Below, piece after piece: positions 17,844-27,589 of a stretch of 64,000 nt of DNA; position 1 is the stretch's first letter, and each line of letters begins with the position of its first letter. The notes under the pieces were generated by a model that saw only the letters and a program-made list of their open reading frames with translations, had not been told where the DNA came from and ran no database searches. The position numbers and the translations under genes are program-made. The DNA is from a virus (Duplodnaviria > Heunggongvirae > Uroviricota > Caudoviricetes): IMG/VR virus record IMGVR_UViG_2645727901_000008. The stretch is one strand, 5' to 3'.

Positions 17844-18092
17844 ATGAGCGACTGGAATATTGCAGCCAAAAGTCAGGAAGAACGGGATAAGGTTAACGTA
17901 GATCTGGCTGCCAGCGGTGTGGCGTACAAAGAGCGATTGAACATACCAGTCATAGCGGAACAGGTGGCCAGGGAACAACCTGAGCACTTGCGTGCATATT
18001 TCATGGAAAGACTACGTTATTACCGCGAGCAGAGCGTGAAACTACCAAAAGGAAGTGATCCGGTATATCAAAAGGCAGATCCACAAAAATAA
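17844..18092 (+). CDS. hypothetical protein
   Basis: 82 aa; 2 nt after the lipoprotein gene. Confidence 0.5.
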   Translation: MSDWNIAAKSQEERDKVNVDLAASGVAYKERLNIPVIAEQVAREQPEHLRAYFMERLRYYREQSVKLPKGSDPVYQKADPQK

Positions 18093-18203
18093 GCCTTTTC
18101 AATAAGCTATATCACCACCAGCTAAAAAATACATTCTGACTTGCATGAAATGCGCCCTTTAGCGATATACTGTATATAAACACAGTATTTAGGAGGGCGT
18201 ATA

Positions 18204-18596
18204 ATGGGATTCCCATCACCAGCAGCCGATTTTGCTGAAAGCAGAATTTCGCTTGACGCACAATTCATCAAACGACCAACCGCAACATATTTCATGCGGG
18301 CCGCCTGCTCACATCTCCGTGAGGGGATTTTGCAAGGTGCAATGCTGGTGGTTGATTCATCTCTTCCACCACTGGATGGTTCTCTACTCATATGTGCCGT
18401 AGAGGGAGAATTTCGCGTAAAGCGATACCGCAAGCATCCTCGCCCACACCTTGAGGATCTGGAAAGCGGAAGACGTGAGTCACTGCCAGATGATGATGAC
18501 AGCAGCTATTCCGGGAGTCAGGCCATATTCGGGGTAATCACATACATCATTAACGATGCCAGGAGTGGGGAATTTGATGATTGCCCGGTGATTTAA
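18204..18596 (+). CDS. humD: UmuD'-like protein beginning at the position of the UmuD autocleavage site (HumD-like)
   Basis: Starts MGFPSPAADF, matching UmuD residues from Gly25 (the Cys24-Gly25 cleavage site); the canonical SGDSM serine is replaced (AACSHL); sits immediately upstream of phd-doc as in P1. Confidence 0.75.
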   Translation: MGFPSPAADFAESRISLDAQFIKRPTATYFMRAACSHLREGILQGAMLVVDSSLPPLDGSLLICAVEGEFRVKRYRKHPRPHLEDLESGRRESLPDDDDSSYSGSQAIFGVITYIINDARSGEFDDCPVI

Positions 18597-18668
18597 GCTG
18601 CAAAGAGCTGGTGCTTTATGCTTGTGAAGTTTATACTTGTGTACACATAACGAGTACACGAGGTGTTT

Positions 18669-18890
18669 ATGCAATCCATTAACTTCCGTACCGCGCGTGG
18701 CAACCTTTCTGAAGTGCTCAACAATGTTGAAGCCGGGGAAGAGGTTGAAATCACCCGCAGAGGCCGTGAGCCAGCAGTAATTGTCAGCAAGGCTACTTTC
18801 GAAGCCTACAAAAAAGCGGCGCTGGATGCTGAATTTGCATCCCTGTTTGACACCCTGGACTCCACCAACAAGGAACTGGTTAACCGATAA
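18669..18890 (+). CDS. phd: Phd antitoxin
   Basis: Product [49 protein letters not shown]... recognised as Phd/YefM family, essentially P1 Phd; stop overlaps doc start. Confidence 0.9.
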
Positions 18891-19270
18891 TGAGGCATAT
18901 ATCACCGGAAGAACTTATTGCGCTTCATGATGCGAATATAAGCCGCTACGGCGGCCTGCCGGGAATGTCAGATCCGGGTAGGGCAGAGGCCATTATCGGG
19001 AGAGTTCAGGCCAGAGTTGCCTACGACGAGATCACCGACCTTTTCGAAGTCTCCGCCACCTACCTGGTGGCTACGGCGAGAGGGCATATATTCAATGATG
19101 CCAATAAGCGTACCGCGCTAAACAGTGCGCTGCTATTTCTACGCCGTAACGGTATACAGGTATATGATTCTCCCGTGCTGGTGGAACTTGCGGTGGGGGC
19201 CGCAACTGGTGAAATCCCCGTATCTTCAGTAGCGGAAAAACTACGTGAATTATTTGGTTCCAATATTTGA
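18890..19270 (+). CDS. doc: Doc toxin (Fic/Doc family kinase)
   Basis: 126 aa with Fic/Doc signature [11 protein letters not shown]; translationally coupled to phd. Confidence 0.9.
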
Positions 19271-19274
19271 AAAG

Positions 19275-19305
19275 AAGCCCGCTCAACCAGGCGGGCTTCC
19301 TACTA
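19275..19305 (-). terminator. terminator hairpin between doc and the convergent minus-strand operon
   Basis: GAAGCCCGC-loop-GCGGGCTTC followed on the minus strand by TTTTC. Confidence 0.45.
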
Positions 19306-19353
19306 TCACTCAATGATTTTTTCTGCTGTCAGCCAGCTAATTCGGTGATGTTT

Positions 19354-20160
19354 TTAGGCGTCAGCATCAGCATCCTCCGCTACCTCTGCTTCCACATCAG
19401 CCACGGCTTCATCGGACGGTTCTTCTTTGGCCTGATCTGCAATCGCCGCACGGCATTTCGCCCTGGCTGTAGCGATTGCTTCAGCTCGCACATCATCAGG
19501 AATCGTTGACGTGATATACATATCCACTTCTTCGGCGCGGAACACTGTTTGGTCCAGATATTCGCGTAGCATCCAGGTAAATTCGAAATCACACGCGATA
19601 ATCTCTGCGCTACCTTCTGCACCATTTGAGAAATGAATAAATGCCTGTTTAGCCAAACCGATAACACGACATGCGGTTGCCAAAACAGCGACAACTAGGT
19701 TTACATTTTCACACGCTACGGGCTGATTAACGCCGGAGATTACTCCATTTAACTGTCGGTTATATGGAAGGTAGTTTGAGATGCGTTCTACGCGCCATGT
19801 GCCAGTCAGGCTGCCATTTTTAAATATAATTGGTGTAACGGATAGCCCAAGCTCGCGTATAAGTCGTTGCGCTATAGCAGGATCATTAAACAGGTCTAAT
19901 GCTATACATTCGAAAGACTGCGCAAGGGCAAACAGTTCTTCCAGAGAGTAGTCTTTGCCCCTGGCGGTGATGTAACGACGAACGCCGCTGTCTGCATCAC
20001 TCCATATAGCTACGCCATGCTCTTCATTCAGCACTTCATTAAAGCCGAGATACGTCATGATAGTGCGTTCAATCGTGTCAAACGGCAGTGACATGTCGGC
20101 GTTAACAGCCACCAGCAGGCCATTACGCAAGCGGTATTGAATTGTTTTGGTGCTTTCCAT
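19354..20160 (-). CDS. hypothetical protein with acidic Ala/Glu/Asp-rich C-terminal tail
   Basis: 268 aa; last gene of a minus-strand operon starting near 22167. Confidence 0.6.
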   Translation of the reverse strand: MESTKTIQYRLRNGLLVAVNADMSLPFDTIERTIMTYLGFNEVLNEEHGVAIWSDADSGVRRYITARGKDYSLEELFALAQSFECIALDLFNDPAIAQRLIRELGLSVTPIIFKNGSLTGTWRVERISNYLPYNRQLNGVISGVNQPVACENVNLVVAVLATACRVIGLAKQAFIHFSNGAEGSAEIIACDFEFTWMLREYLDQTVFRAEEVDMYITSTIPDDVRAEAIATARAKCRAAIADQAKEEPSDEAVADVEAEVAEDADADA

Positions 20161-20166
20161 GTCAAA

Positions 20167-20844
20167 TCACTCCACTACAAACCAGTCACATGCCAGTAAG
20201 TCGCCTACAGAAGGAACCCACGGAACAACTACACCTTGTGCATTTTTTAAGGCGAAATAAGCACCATACGGAACGAGGTCGCCGGGGAAATATCCCTTAA
20301 TGGGTTCCATTCGTGCCGGGTACTGTCCTTCAGGAACCAGCCAGCAGAATTGGTTTTCGCCGTTCCACCCGCGTCGAGCAACTTTCTTGCCATCCTTCAG
20401 CCACATCAGCGCGTCAGAAAAGTCGGCTGCTTCAAGGTCGATTTCTTCTTGCTGGGTGGTGATGCCACCAGCAGAAATAGTTACGCTCCCGGTAAGATTA
20501 ATCATCACGCCGTTGTCATCCGTAATGATGACCGTGGTTCCATTTTTGGCGGCGTCGTTAACCAGGCCATAGCGTTCCTCAAATGGTTTCTCCGGGGCAT
20601 AGAACAAATAACCGTTTTCATAAACGATCAGATACCCGCCAGTTTTTGGTCGGTGTTTTTGTAAAAACATTGCGTCAACACAAACTGTTGCCCCTTTTGG
20701 CTCAACGAGTTCGATGCAGCCCCAAAGTGGGGCATCAGTTACTCCGAAAATAACAACATTTTTGATTTTCGATGCACTAACGTTTTTGTGAGCTTTGTAT
20801 TTGGGAAGGAACTTAAAAAGCTCTTTCGTTGCCATGTTATTCAT
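20167..20844 (-). CDS. phage protein with C-terminal DUF2829-like module
   Basis: C-terminus WLKDGKKVARRGWNG...WVPSVGDLLACDWFV matches the 66-aa proteins at 43311 and 34221. Confidence 0.6.
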   Translation of the reverse strand: MNNMATKELFKFLPKYKAHKNVSASKIKNVVIFGVTDAPLWGCIELVEPKGATVCVDAMFLQKHRPKTGGYLIVYENGYLFYAPEKPFEERYGLVNDAAKNGTTVIITDDNGVMINLTGSVTISAGGITTQQEEIDLEAADFSDALMWLKDGKKVARRGWNGENQFCWLVPEGQYPARMEPIKGYFPGDLVPYGAYFALKNAQGVVVPWVPSVGDLLACDWFVVE

Positions 20845-20858
20845 AGTCTTTTCTCTGC

Positions 20859-21353
20859 TTATAACTTTTCGTACTGAAGCGGTGAACGCTTAATTTCAAA
20901 GTGGCCTTCCGATGTGCTACCAAAGCCACCAGCACCACGTTCCGTTTCGTTGAGTTCCTCAACCTCGACTAGTGAGACTTGTTCAACACGCTCAAAAATG
21001 CCTTGCATGACAGCCATTCCTGGCTTGAGACAAACGCCTTCCCCGCCGGGATCAGTAATCAGTTTTGCCATGATTTCACCGCGATAATCGGAGTCGATAA
21101 TTCCTACGCAGTTAGCCAGGCGAGTATGTTTTTTGCAGCCCAATCCGGATCGCGGATAGAGTTTCAGACACCAGCCGGGCGGGATCTCCATAGCCAGTCC
21201 GGTATACACCCACCAGCTTGAGGAAATTGCACCATTGCTATCGACGCATGTTTTTATTTCAACAGCCTCAAAATCCATCGCCGCCGATCCGGAGGTGGCA
21301 TAAGCTGGAAGTTTTGCTGCCGGATGTAGGCGTTTCACTTTTACGTAAATCAT
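20859..21353 (-). CDS. dut: dUTP diphosphatase (dUTPase)
   Basis: All dUTPase motifs present: AAMDF, YPRSGL, GIIDSDYRGE, RGAGGFGSTS. Confidence 0.85.
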   Translation of the reverse strand: MIYVKVKRLHPAAKLPAYATSGSAAMDFEAVEIKTCVDSNGAISSSWWVYTGLAMEIPPGWCLKLYPRSGLGCKKHTRLANCVGIIDSDYRGEIMAKLITDPGGEGVCLKPGMAVMQGIFERVEQVSLVEVEELNETERGAGGFGSTSEGHFEIKRSPLQYEKL

Positions 21354-21826
21354 TGTTTTTTAGCTCTCTGCGTGAAGGTGTAAACCCGACGTTTGATATG
21401 TGGAACGGTAGGAACAGGAAGACAGGAACTTTCAATAACCCCTTGCTCCTCCAGCGATCGCACCGCCCGCAAGAACTGCGACGTGTCGCCGCCAAACTGG
21501 CGGGCATAGGTGCTGCCGTTAAGAAGTATTTGAGCTATTACCCGAGCTTTTGTCTGGCTGTCACGATATGCGAATAGCCGCACGGCCTCTTCTGGCGCAA
21601 TCGCTAACTGATAGCCTTTACCGGCACGGTGTCGAATGAATCCATGCGCCAGTAGGTTTTTGAGTTCGTTACGAGTGCGAACAGATCCGTAATCCAGGAA
21701 GTGCGGATTAATAACGACTGGCTTAAACCATTCCGTAGGTGCTTTAGCTAATAGAGCTAACAGCTTTCCGGACAATTCTGGATAGGAAGACGGGTAACAA
21801 TTCAGAGATGGGTAATAAGTTTTCAC
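21350..21826 (-). CDS. hypothetical protein (possible winged-helix DNA-binding)
   Basis: 158 aa; overlaps neighbours by 4 nt on both sides. Confidence 0.5.
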   Translation of the reverse strand: MKTYYPSLNCYPSSYPELSGKLLALLAKAPTEWFKPVVINPHFLDYGSVRTRNELKNLLAHGFIRHRAGKGYQLAIAPEEAVRLFAYRDSQTKARVIAQILLNGSTYARQFGGDTSQFLRAVRSLEEQGVIESSCLPVPTVPHIKRRVYTFTQRAKKQ

Positions 21827-22167
21827 CGACGCCCCCTTGCAGGATATCGACCTGCATCAGTATCCGGTGCGATAAAGCCGGTAGTGGGGCGAGTGAAAGC
21901 GAGATTAATCTTCTCGACCATAGTGCGATAATTTTCCTGATAGTGGGCCAGGAGTTTTTCGGCGGCAATGATGGTTACTTTCCGGACGTAGCTTTCTGCT
22001 TCCTCCAGATTTCGCCAGTTTTTTTCGAGGGTAAACACAGGGACGGCCTCAAGCCCGGTCATGATGCCGAATACAACGACAGCATGACTGTTCTTAACAC
22101 CAGCAGCGAAGGTTACGGTGTAACCATCCACCTTAAAGCGTCTTGATTCCGTGATTTGACTCTGCAA
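21823..22167 (-). CDS. hypothetical protein, first gene of the dut operon
   Basis: 114 aa; operator-like motif about 55 nt upstream. Confidence 0.5.
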   Translation of the reverse strand: MQSQITESRRFKVDGYTVTFAAGVKNSHAVVVFGIMTGLEAVPVFTLEKNWRNLEEAESYVRKVTIIAAEKLLAHYQENYRTMVEKINLAFTRPTTGFIAPDTDAGRYPARGRR

Positions 22168-22221
22168 AGCACCCTCCGAAATAGGCGAGGGTACTTTACA
22201 GCAAAGATAACAATCTAAAAA

Positions 22222-22241
22222 GATGTGTTAGAAATTTAATT
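22222..22241 (+). promoter_or_regulatory. operator-like motif copy (TGTGTTAGAAATTTAATTTA)
   Basis: Near-identical to the copy at 45988-46007; between the dut operon start and the recombinase stop. Confidence 0.4.
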
Positions 22242-23269
22242 TATGAATCCATCAGGCGGCTATTAGCCCCCACAGACACGCCGCCACGGCGCAGATACCG
22301 CATAAGTGTTTCCGGTTTCTTCCAGGTTCCTTCCTGCATGATCTCCACCATAGACACCTGCTTTTCAGCCATATCGATAGCGGCCCCGACACGAGCACTA
22401 TGCCCGGTCCACGTCCGGTATCTCCCTTTGTTTGGCGTGGCATCTCTTTTATTCAGCAACACCCAGGCGTCGCTGAATATTTTCTCCATTGCAGGTGCAG
22501 TAAGGGGAGTTGTCGTAATCCTGGCCTTATTGCTACGGTGTATCGGCGGGAACAGCACCGCGTCAGGATGTTCACGAAGCCCGGAAACATCCAGCCAGTC
22601 ATTCAGCACTGCGGTAGTGCGACGGGAAAGCACCTTATCAAGCCCGGCGGCGGTCGTTATTGTCTTCGTGTGTGAAATATGTAGCGTGACAGTGTCACCT
22701 GTTTGGTCCAGATCTCCTACACGAATACGCGAGATTTCAGACATTCGCATCAGCGTATTGTATGCAACGAAGAGGAAAGCCCGGTTACGCAGGTCCACCA
22801 GCCGTTCTGACCTGGACAACAGGACGTCGAGCAGTTTCAGATCGTCCCACCGCAGCGGTATAGCCTGGCCTGTTCGTTCGCCTTTTTCCGTTGCCGCTTC
22901 GCGCCGGATGCGCCGCATAGCCAGAGAAACACTTTTATCATCCGAAAGTGGCGGAAGGCCACAATGCGAAAGCAGCATGTTAAGCATGGCGTAGTGCTTA
23001 TCAATGGTGGTCGAAGCCAGATCAGCATCATGCAGCTGAAGAAAATACTCGCGGGCCATCTCTGGTGAGATCGGGAACCAAGCGAGCTGGCGAGCGTGGC
23101 ACCATCGCGCCCAGGAGTGAAACACTAACCGGAGATCGCGCAAAGTATTCGGCGCGTAAGCCCCCTGGTCATTCATGAACCGCATAAAGTTTTCTGCGGC
23201 CTCCTGGTACTCTTTGCCAATGTTGCGCAGAAAACCACCGGAGCTGCCAGAGATAATTAATTCACTCAT
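22241..23269 (-). CDS. dre: Cre-family tyrosine recombinase (Dre-like)
   Basis: 342 aa; C-terminal catalytic region RYRTWTGHSARVGAAIDMAEKQVSMVEIMQEGTWKKPETLMRYLRR aligns with Cre (...WSGHSARVGAARDMARAGVSIPEIMQAGGWTNVNIVMNYIR); a rox-type 14-4-14 site lies about 150 bp upstream. Confidence 0.85.
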   Translation of the reverse strand: MSELIISGSSGGFLRNIGKEYQEAAENFMRFMNDQGAYAPNTLRDLRLVFHSWARWCHARQLAWFPISPEMAREYFLQLHDADLASTTIDKHYAMLNMLLSHCGLPPLSDDKSVSLAMRRIRREAATEKGERTGQAIPLRWDDLKLLDVLLSRSERLVDLRNRAFLFVAYNTLMRMSEISRIRVGDLDQTGDTVTLHISHTKTITTAAGLDKVLSRRTTAVLNDWLDVSGLREHPDAVLFPPIHRSNKARITTTPLTAPAMEKIFSDAWVLLNKRDATPNKGRYRTWTGHSARVGAAIDMAEKQVSMVEIMQEGTWKKPETLMRYLRRGGVSVGANSRLMDS

Positions 23270-23420
23270 GAAACTATTTAACCTCTATATACAGATGACG
23301 CTACGCAAAAATATAAAAATGACAGGGTAGCTATAAGTTAATTTTCAAAATTCAAGCCTTTGATTCGAGGCACGTATTTTTAGTGATGTCAACACTGATC
23401 ATCTACCCATGATTATAGTC

Positions 23421-23452
23421 TAACTTTAAATAATGCCAATTATCTAAAGTTA
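23421..23452. other. lox/rox-type recombination site (14-bp inverted arms, 4-bp spacer)
   Basis: TAACTTTAAATAAT-GCCA-ATTATCTAAAGTTA; arms are inverted repeats with one mismatch; differs by one base from the rox site as I recall it. Confidence 0.8.
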
Positions 23453-23625
23453 GAAACTTAGGAATTTTTTTCCTTTCCCCGTAGATGGGCAATGCATTGC
23501 TGGCGTGGGCTTTAAGTTATGCCTGGCAGTTTTTAAGCAGAATTTTCTAAATTGGATGACAAAAAAATGCATCTTGATCCTTTACTCACCCTGTTATTCG
23601 GCATAGATTTGTCATAGTAATTTTA

Positions 23626-23645
23626 TGTTAGAAAACTAAATCGAG
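23626..23645 (+). promoter_or_regulatory. operator-like motif copy (TATGTTAGAAAACTAAATCG)
   Basis: About 12 nt upstream of the 23654 start codon. Confidence 0.4.
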
Positions 23646-23653
23646 TAGGAATA

Positions 23654-24691
23654 ATGAGTAAGAAGTCGATCGAGAAAGAGTACAAACGGTTCCTGCAAAC
23701 CGCTGAACGGTGGAAAGAGCTGGTGGTCGCAAACTCTGTTTTCCATGATACCAGTTATGCCGGCGAGGAATTCCGCCACGTTGCACTAACACATGATCAG
23801 AATGTACTAGAAGAAGCTGAAAAGTGCCTCACAGAATGGAAAGCCTTTGTTGACTTGTGCCGTAACGCTGACGGCAAAGCGTCCAACATTGTTGAGTCTG
23901 TATATTCTCCGATCCCATTCATTATTGAGGACACAAATCAAAGCACGCATATTGTTGTGCAAAGCGCGACCACCACCCGCTCATTTACGCGCGAAAATCT
24001 GCTCAAAAAATATGATGCAATTATAAAGAAAAGCCTGAAAAACAAGATATTTTCGCAGATTGTTGGTGCACTTGAAGAAGAGCGCCGTTTTTTCGCATCA
24101 GAACCTGAAGGGGAAGTTTACCGGGCGCGCAAAGATGGATACACAGATGTAGTGCTTACAACAAACATTGAAGGCAGCAATGCTCTGTCACGATTCAGGG
24201 TAGGCGCACACGGAGCCTTAGTGTTCGCAAAACTTCCGAACACCACAGTGCCCGTTGTTAATAATGTCGGCGAACGTCGCAGCATTACTATTTATTCTGG
24301 GGTTGAGTCGATACCTTGCGGCCTGCTTGGTGACTTTAGCCTCTATCGCGTTCGCGATCTGGAGAAACACCAACCAAGCTATGTTGCGAAGTCATATATC
24401 TTGCGAAACATCGACATCCGCAATGAGAGCTTAAAGAACAAATCAGCCAAAATGCTTGAGGAAGCCGATCCGGCTATTCGCCATATCATTGAGCGTAAAA
24501 TACAGACAGCACGCGAAGCGATGGCGAGACTGAATAAAATGGATCTGGAGTTGTTAGACGTAATGATGACATCCGGAGATGACCTGACAGGCATAAAACT
24601 GACAGACGCGCGGAAAAGATACGGTAAAACCATAGAAGAACGTTACGGGTTCACTTTCTCCCAAACACAGCACGCCGCTAAACTCTGGTAA
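23654..24691 (+). CDS. hypothetical protein at the c1-equivalent position between the recombinase and pac genes (candidate regulator)
   Basis: 345-aa ORF divergent from the recombinase; operator-like motif just upstream; no recognisable similarity to P1 C1 by eye. Confidence 0.55.
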   Translation: MSKKSIEKEYKRFLQTAERWKELVVANSVFHDTSYAGEEFRHVALTHDQNVLEEAEKCLTEWKAFVDLCRNADGKASNIVESVYSPIPFIIEDTNQSTHIVVQSATTTRSFTRENLLKKYDAIIKKSLKNKIFSQIVGALEEERRFFASEPEGEVYRARKDGYTDVVLTTNIEGSNALSRFRVGAHGALVFAKLPNTTVPVVNNVGERRSITIYSGVESIPCGLLGDFSLYRVRDLEKHQPSYVAKSYILRNIDIRNESLKNKSAKMLEEADPAIRHIIERKIQTAREAMARLNKMDLELLDVMMTSGDDLTGIKLTDARKRYGKTIEERYGFTFSQTQHAAKLW

Positions 24692-24716
24692 TCACAAGCC
24701 CCGCATTGCCGGGGCT

Positions 24717-26225
24717 TTATATATCCAGATCTGGCATTTCCACATCTGCAAGAACCTGATCGCGGAAGGTAGCCATTTCAGCGCCGATATCTTCATTAGC
24801 AGGAACATAGTCCACCAGCATTGTAAAGCAGTAGGTATCCCATCGGTCAGGTGATTTGATGTTCAGCTTTTGCCGCATGTGCTCCTTGCGCATCATCGCC
24901 ATCTTCCCTTCTTCATTAAGTAAAAAGGGGATTTTTGACGCTTGCTCTGCCGTTTTAGGGTCACTGTCTATTCGCATACGACCTGACTTTATGGCATCAC
25001 GAGCCATAATATTTGCGTAGGCACGTTGGTTAACAAAACGCTCCTTGTCTTTGTTCGAAAACATGGGTTTCCCCCACCGAATACGTACCGGATTAGCCCC
25101 ACGGCGCACCAGCTGCGCACAGGTATCTGAACCAAAACCGTCTGCGTCAACCGCGATTGTAATATTCGGGTATTTATCCGGCGTGCATTCGTTGTATATA
25201 AAGTCAGCAAAAGCCAGCGGGTCCATAGTCCCTGGCATTTCCATTATCTTAAAGTTAACAACGCGCCGCTTATTCCTGTGACCTGACACCTTGCAGATGT
25301 TAAGGACCGACTTGTCTCGCCCGTTCCCAACGTCAGCTGTCGCTACCCACCCCCAATTTTTCTCCAACAACACCTTGCGCCGCGCAGCGCGATCGCATTC
25401 ATCACGACCAAGCAAATAGCCGTTAATCTCCCGAGGGAACTGACCAAGCACCTTAACCATATACTCAATAGAATCGCGCCCGCCATATTCCAGGAGTTTC
25501 TGCCTGATGAATTGTGGTGTGACGAACGGTGATTCTTCTGAGTTAAGAACAATTGCTGTCCAGATCCCTTTCGGGTTGTCTGGGGTTTTAGCTTGAGAAT
25601 GGTGCGAATCGTAGAAATAACCACTTGGCCTTGTTGGCTGGGATAGCATCAACATTCGGTTATCTTCTTCAGTAAGAGCACCGGTCATTACGCCGATCGC
25701 CTTATCAGATATACCAGATGCTTCATCCAGAATTAGAAGCAAATGTGCCGCGTGTTCCCCCGCCAGCGCTTCTTCGTTGCCGAGTCGATAACCTTTGCAG
25801 AGAACTTCCCAAATCCCCTTACGGGAGCGCTCATAAAACATGGTGTCAGAGAGGACAAAATAGGTCTGCAACCACCCATGACGCTTAACTGCATTCGCCC
25901 AATACTGTTTAACGTATTTGAATACGCCTGTTTTTACCTGGCCTATCTTGTTAGCAACAATGATGACACGGGCATCGGGGAACAGGATCATAAAAATCAA
26001 CAGCAACATCGCGGTAAGGGACGACTTCCCCGTTCCGTGTCCGGACGTGACGGTAGTCCTACTCCCCGTTTCCTGCACTGACTGAATGATCTGCTGCTGC
26101 TGGTGGGAGGGGAACATCCCAAAAATATCGACAACAGCCTGGGTAAAGTTGTAGCGGTATTTGATTACCATATCGCGCCAGCGTGGATCGCTGGTGACGC
26201 ATTTAATCTTGCGCCCGCCAGCCAT
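24717..26225 (-). CDS. pacB: terminase large subunit (PacB-like)
   Basis: 502 aa; Walker A-like SGHGTGKSS; LILDEAS Walker B-like; position and size match P1 pacB. Confidence 0.75.
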   Translation of the reverse strand: MAGGRKIKCVTSDPRWRDMVIKYRYNFTQAVVDIFGMFPSHQQQQIIQSVQETGSRTTVTSGHGTGKSSLTAMLLLIFMILFPDARVIIVANKIGQVKTGVFKYVKQYWANAVKRHGWLQTYFVLSDTMFYERSRKGIWEVLCKGYRLGNEEALAGEHAAHLLLILDEASGISDKAIGVMTGALTEEDNRMLMLSQPTRPSGYFYDSHHSQAKTPDNPKGIWTAIVLNSEESPFVTPQFIRQKLLEYGGRDSIEYMVKVLGQFPREINGYLLGRDECDRAARRKVLLEKNWGWVATADVGNGRDKSVLNICKVSGHRNKRRVVNFKIMEMPGTMDPLAFADFIYNECTPDKYPNITIAVDADGFGSDTCAQLVRRGANPVRIRWGKPMFSNKDKERFVNQRAYANIMARDAIKSGRMRIDSDPKTAEQASKIPFLLNEEGKMAMMRKEHMRQKLNIKSPDRWDTYCFTMLVDYVPANEDIGAEMATFRDQVLADVEMPDLDI

Positions 26226-27589
26226 TAATCATCCTCCGGCGGTTCTATCGCGATATCATCATCTCCGGCGTCATACCCTGCATCAGATACATCATAATCA
26301 CCGTAAATTTCAGCCGTTGCCGAAGGGTCAATATCCAGCTCTTCGTCGTTGGCCTCGAATTCTCCAGCTTTACGCTCGCCATTGCGGTCGTAATCTCCGC
26401 ACCCCAATTCTTCAACAATGGTTGCCACATCCGCCCGGCGCTCTGCCAGCCATTGCGGATGGTTAGCCTGAAGCGTTGCAAACTCCCTTGCCTCTTTGTC
26501 CAGCTGTTCATCATCAACATCATTGACGTCAGAAACAGGTGGTTCGAGAAGAGTGATAGCTTTCGCCGCGCGCGCCGCGAGGATAGCCGGGACGCTGACC
26601 CCCTGGCGCTCGATGTATTCAGCAACACCGATATCATCCAGTTCCTCGCGCTCACGCATACGTATAGCGGCGGCGATAACTCTGGCTGCGCGTGCGTCAG
26701 CGCCAATGCGATATTCAATCTCTTTGCCACGCTGTTCGGCCTGTAGGCGTGCTAATTCGAGTTTTTCTCTGGCCTCAGCCTCTTTGAATGCTTGCTGGCG
26801 AGCGCTCTGACGAAGCTTTTCATCCCCCTGTCGCAGCTTTTGTTCGGACTGATATATAGCTGCCAACCTACTGATAAAATCATTCATGTAGTAGGCCGCG
26901 TCACTGATTAGACCGAGAAGACGCTGCCCAGGGTGCATTCCTTCTGGCTCTTTATCGCCCAAGGCGTCTATTTCCGCCTGTAGGCGTTCGGCCTCCTGAT
27001 CAACAATGCTTTGATACTGAAGTGCGCGCTCTTGCGCCATTTGAATTGCTAACCGCAGGTGTTCTTCTGCGCCGTTCTTCATCATATCGCGAGCCACATT
27101 CGTAGTGGGCAATGTGGCACGCTGCACAGCACCGTCAGGGATCATTGCAGAAGATCCCTCAATTTTTGGGGCGCTTTTATCTTCTTCGGGGATCATTTTC
27201 GCCATTTTTTCGCGCAATGATCTCCTGACAGATTCTTTTATCTCATTGTTATTATTTGCATTATTTTCATGATCCGAAGTTTTCTTTCTCGGCATACTTC
27301 GGAAAGAACCTGCGCCCTGCGAATTGTCAATTTCTGTAAATTTTGTTTTTTCTGCACCCTCTTCCAGCTTTTTTGTTGCTCTTCCCGCCCGTTTTTTTTC
27401 AGGTGATTTGGTGCTTTTTTTTGTTGTCTTTACCTGCGACCGCACCTCATTTTTTTTCATATTGAGATGCTTTCTGGCTGTATTGAAGCTAAGGCCATGC
27501 TCCTCACAGTATTCCTTTACAGTGATCCCTTTTTCTTCACGCAACGCTATAAAGCGGGCGCGGTGCTCCTCCCAATTAACCAGACTCAT
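26225..27589 (-). CDS. pacA: terminase small subunit (PacA-like) containing a candidate pac site
   Basis: 454 aa, highly charged; translationally coupled to the large subunit; cluster of 4 GATC within about 27140-27273. Confidence 0.65.
   Translation of the reverse strand: MSLVNWEEHRARFIALREEKGITVKEYCEEHGLSFNTARKHLNMKKNEVRSQVKTTKKSTKSPEKKRAGRATKKLEEGAEKTKFTEIDNSQGAGSFRSMPRKKTSDHENNANNNNEIKESVRRSLREKMAKMIPEEDKSAPKIEGSSAMIPDGAVQRATLPTTNVARDMMKNGAEEHLRLAIQMAQERALQYQSIVDQEAERLQAEIDALGDKEPEGMHPGQRLLGLISDAAYYMNDFISRLAAIYQSEQKLRQGDEKLRQSARQQAFKEAEAREKLELARLQAEQRGKEIEYRIGADARAARVIAAAIRMREREELDDIGVAEYIERQGVSVPAILAARAAKAITLLEPPVSDVNDVDDEQLDKEAREFATLQANHPQWLAERRADVATIVEELGCGDYDRNGERKAGEFEANDEELDIDPSATAEIYGDYDVSDAGYDAGDDDIAIEPPEDD
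27140..27273. other. candidate pac (packaging) site: GATC cluster inside the pacA-like gene
   Basis: Four GATC sites in about 130 bp (GGATCAT, AGATCC, GGATCAT, TGATCC). Confidence 0.3.

Noticed and set aside
23419-23460. Counting the sequence around the rox-type site as another copy of the operator motif
   Set aside because: The GTTAGAAA match here is part of the 14-bp recombinase-binding arm, so it is treated as the recombination site, not an operator.
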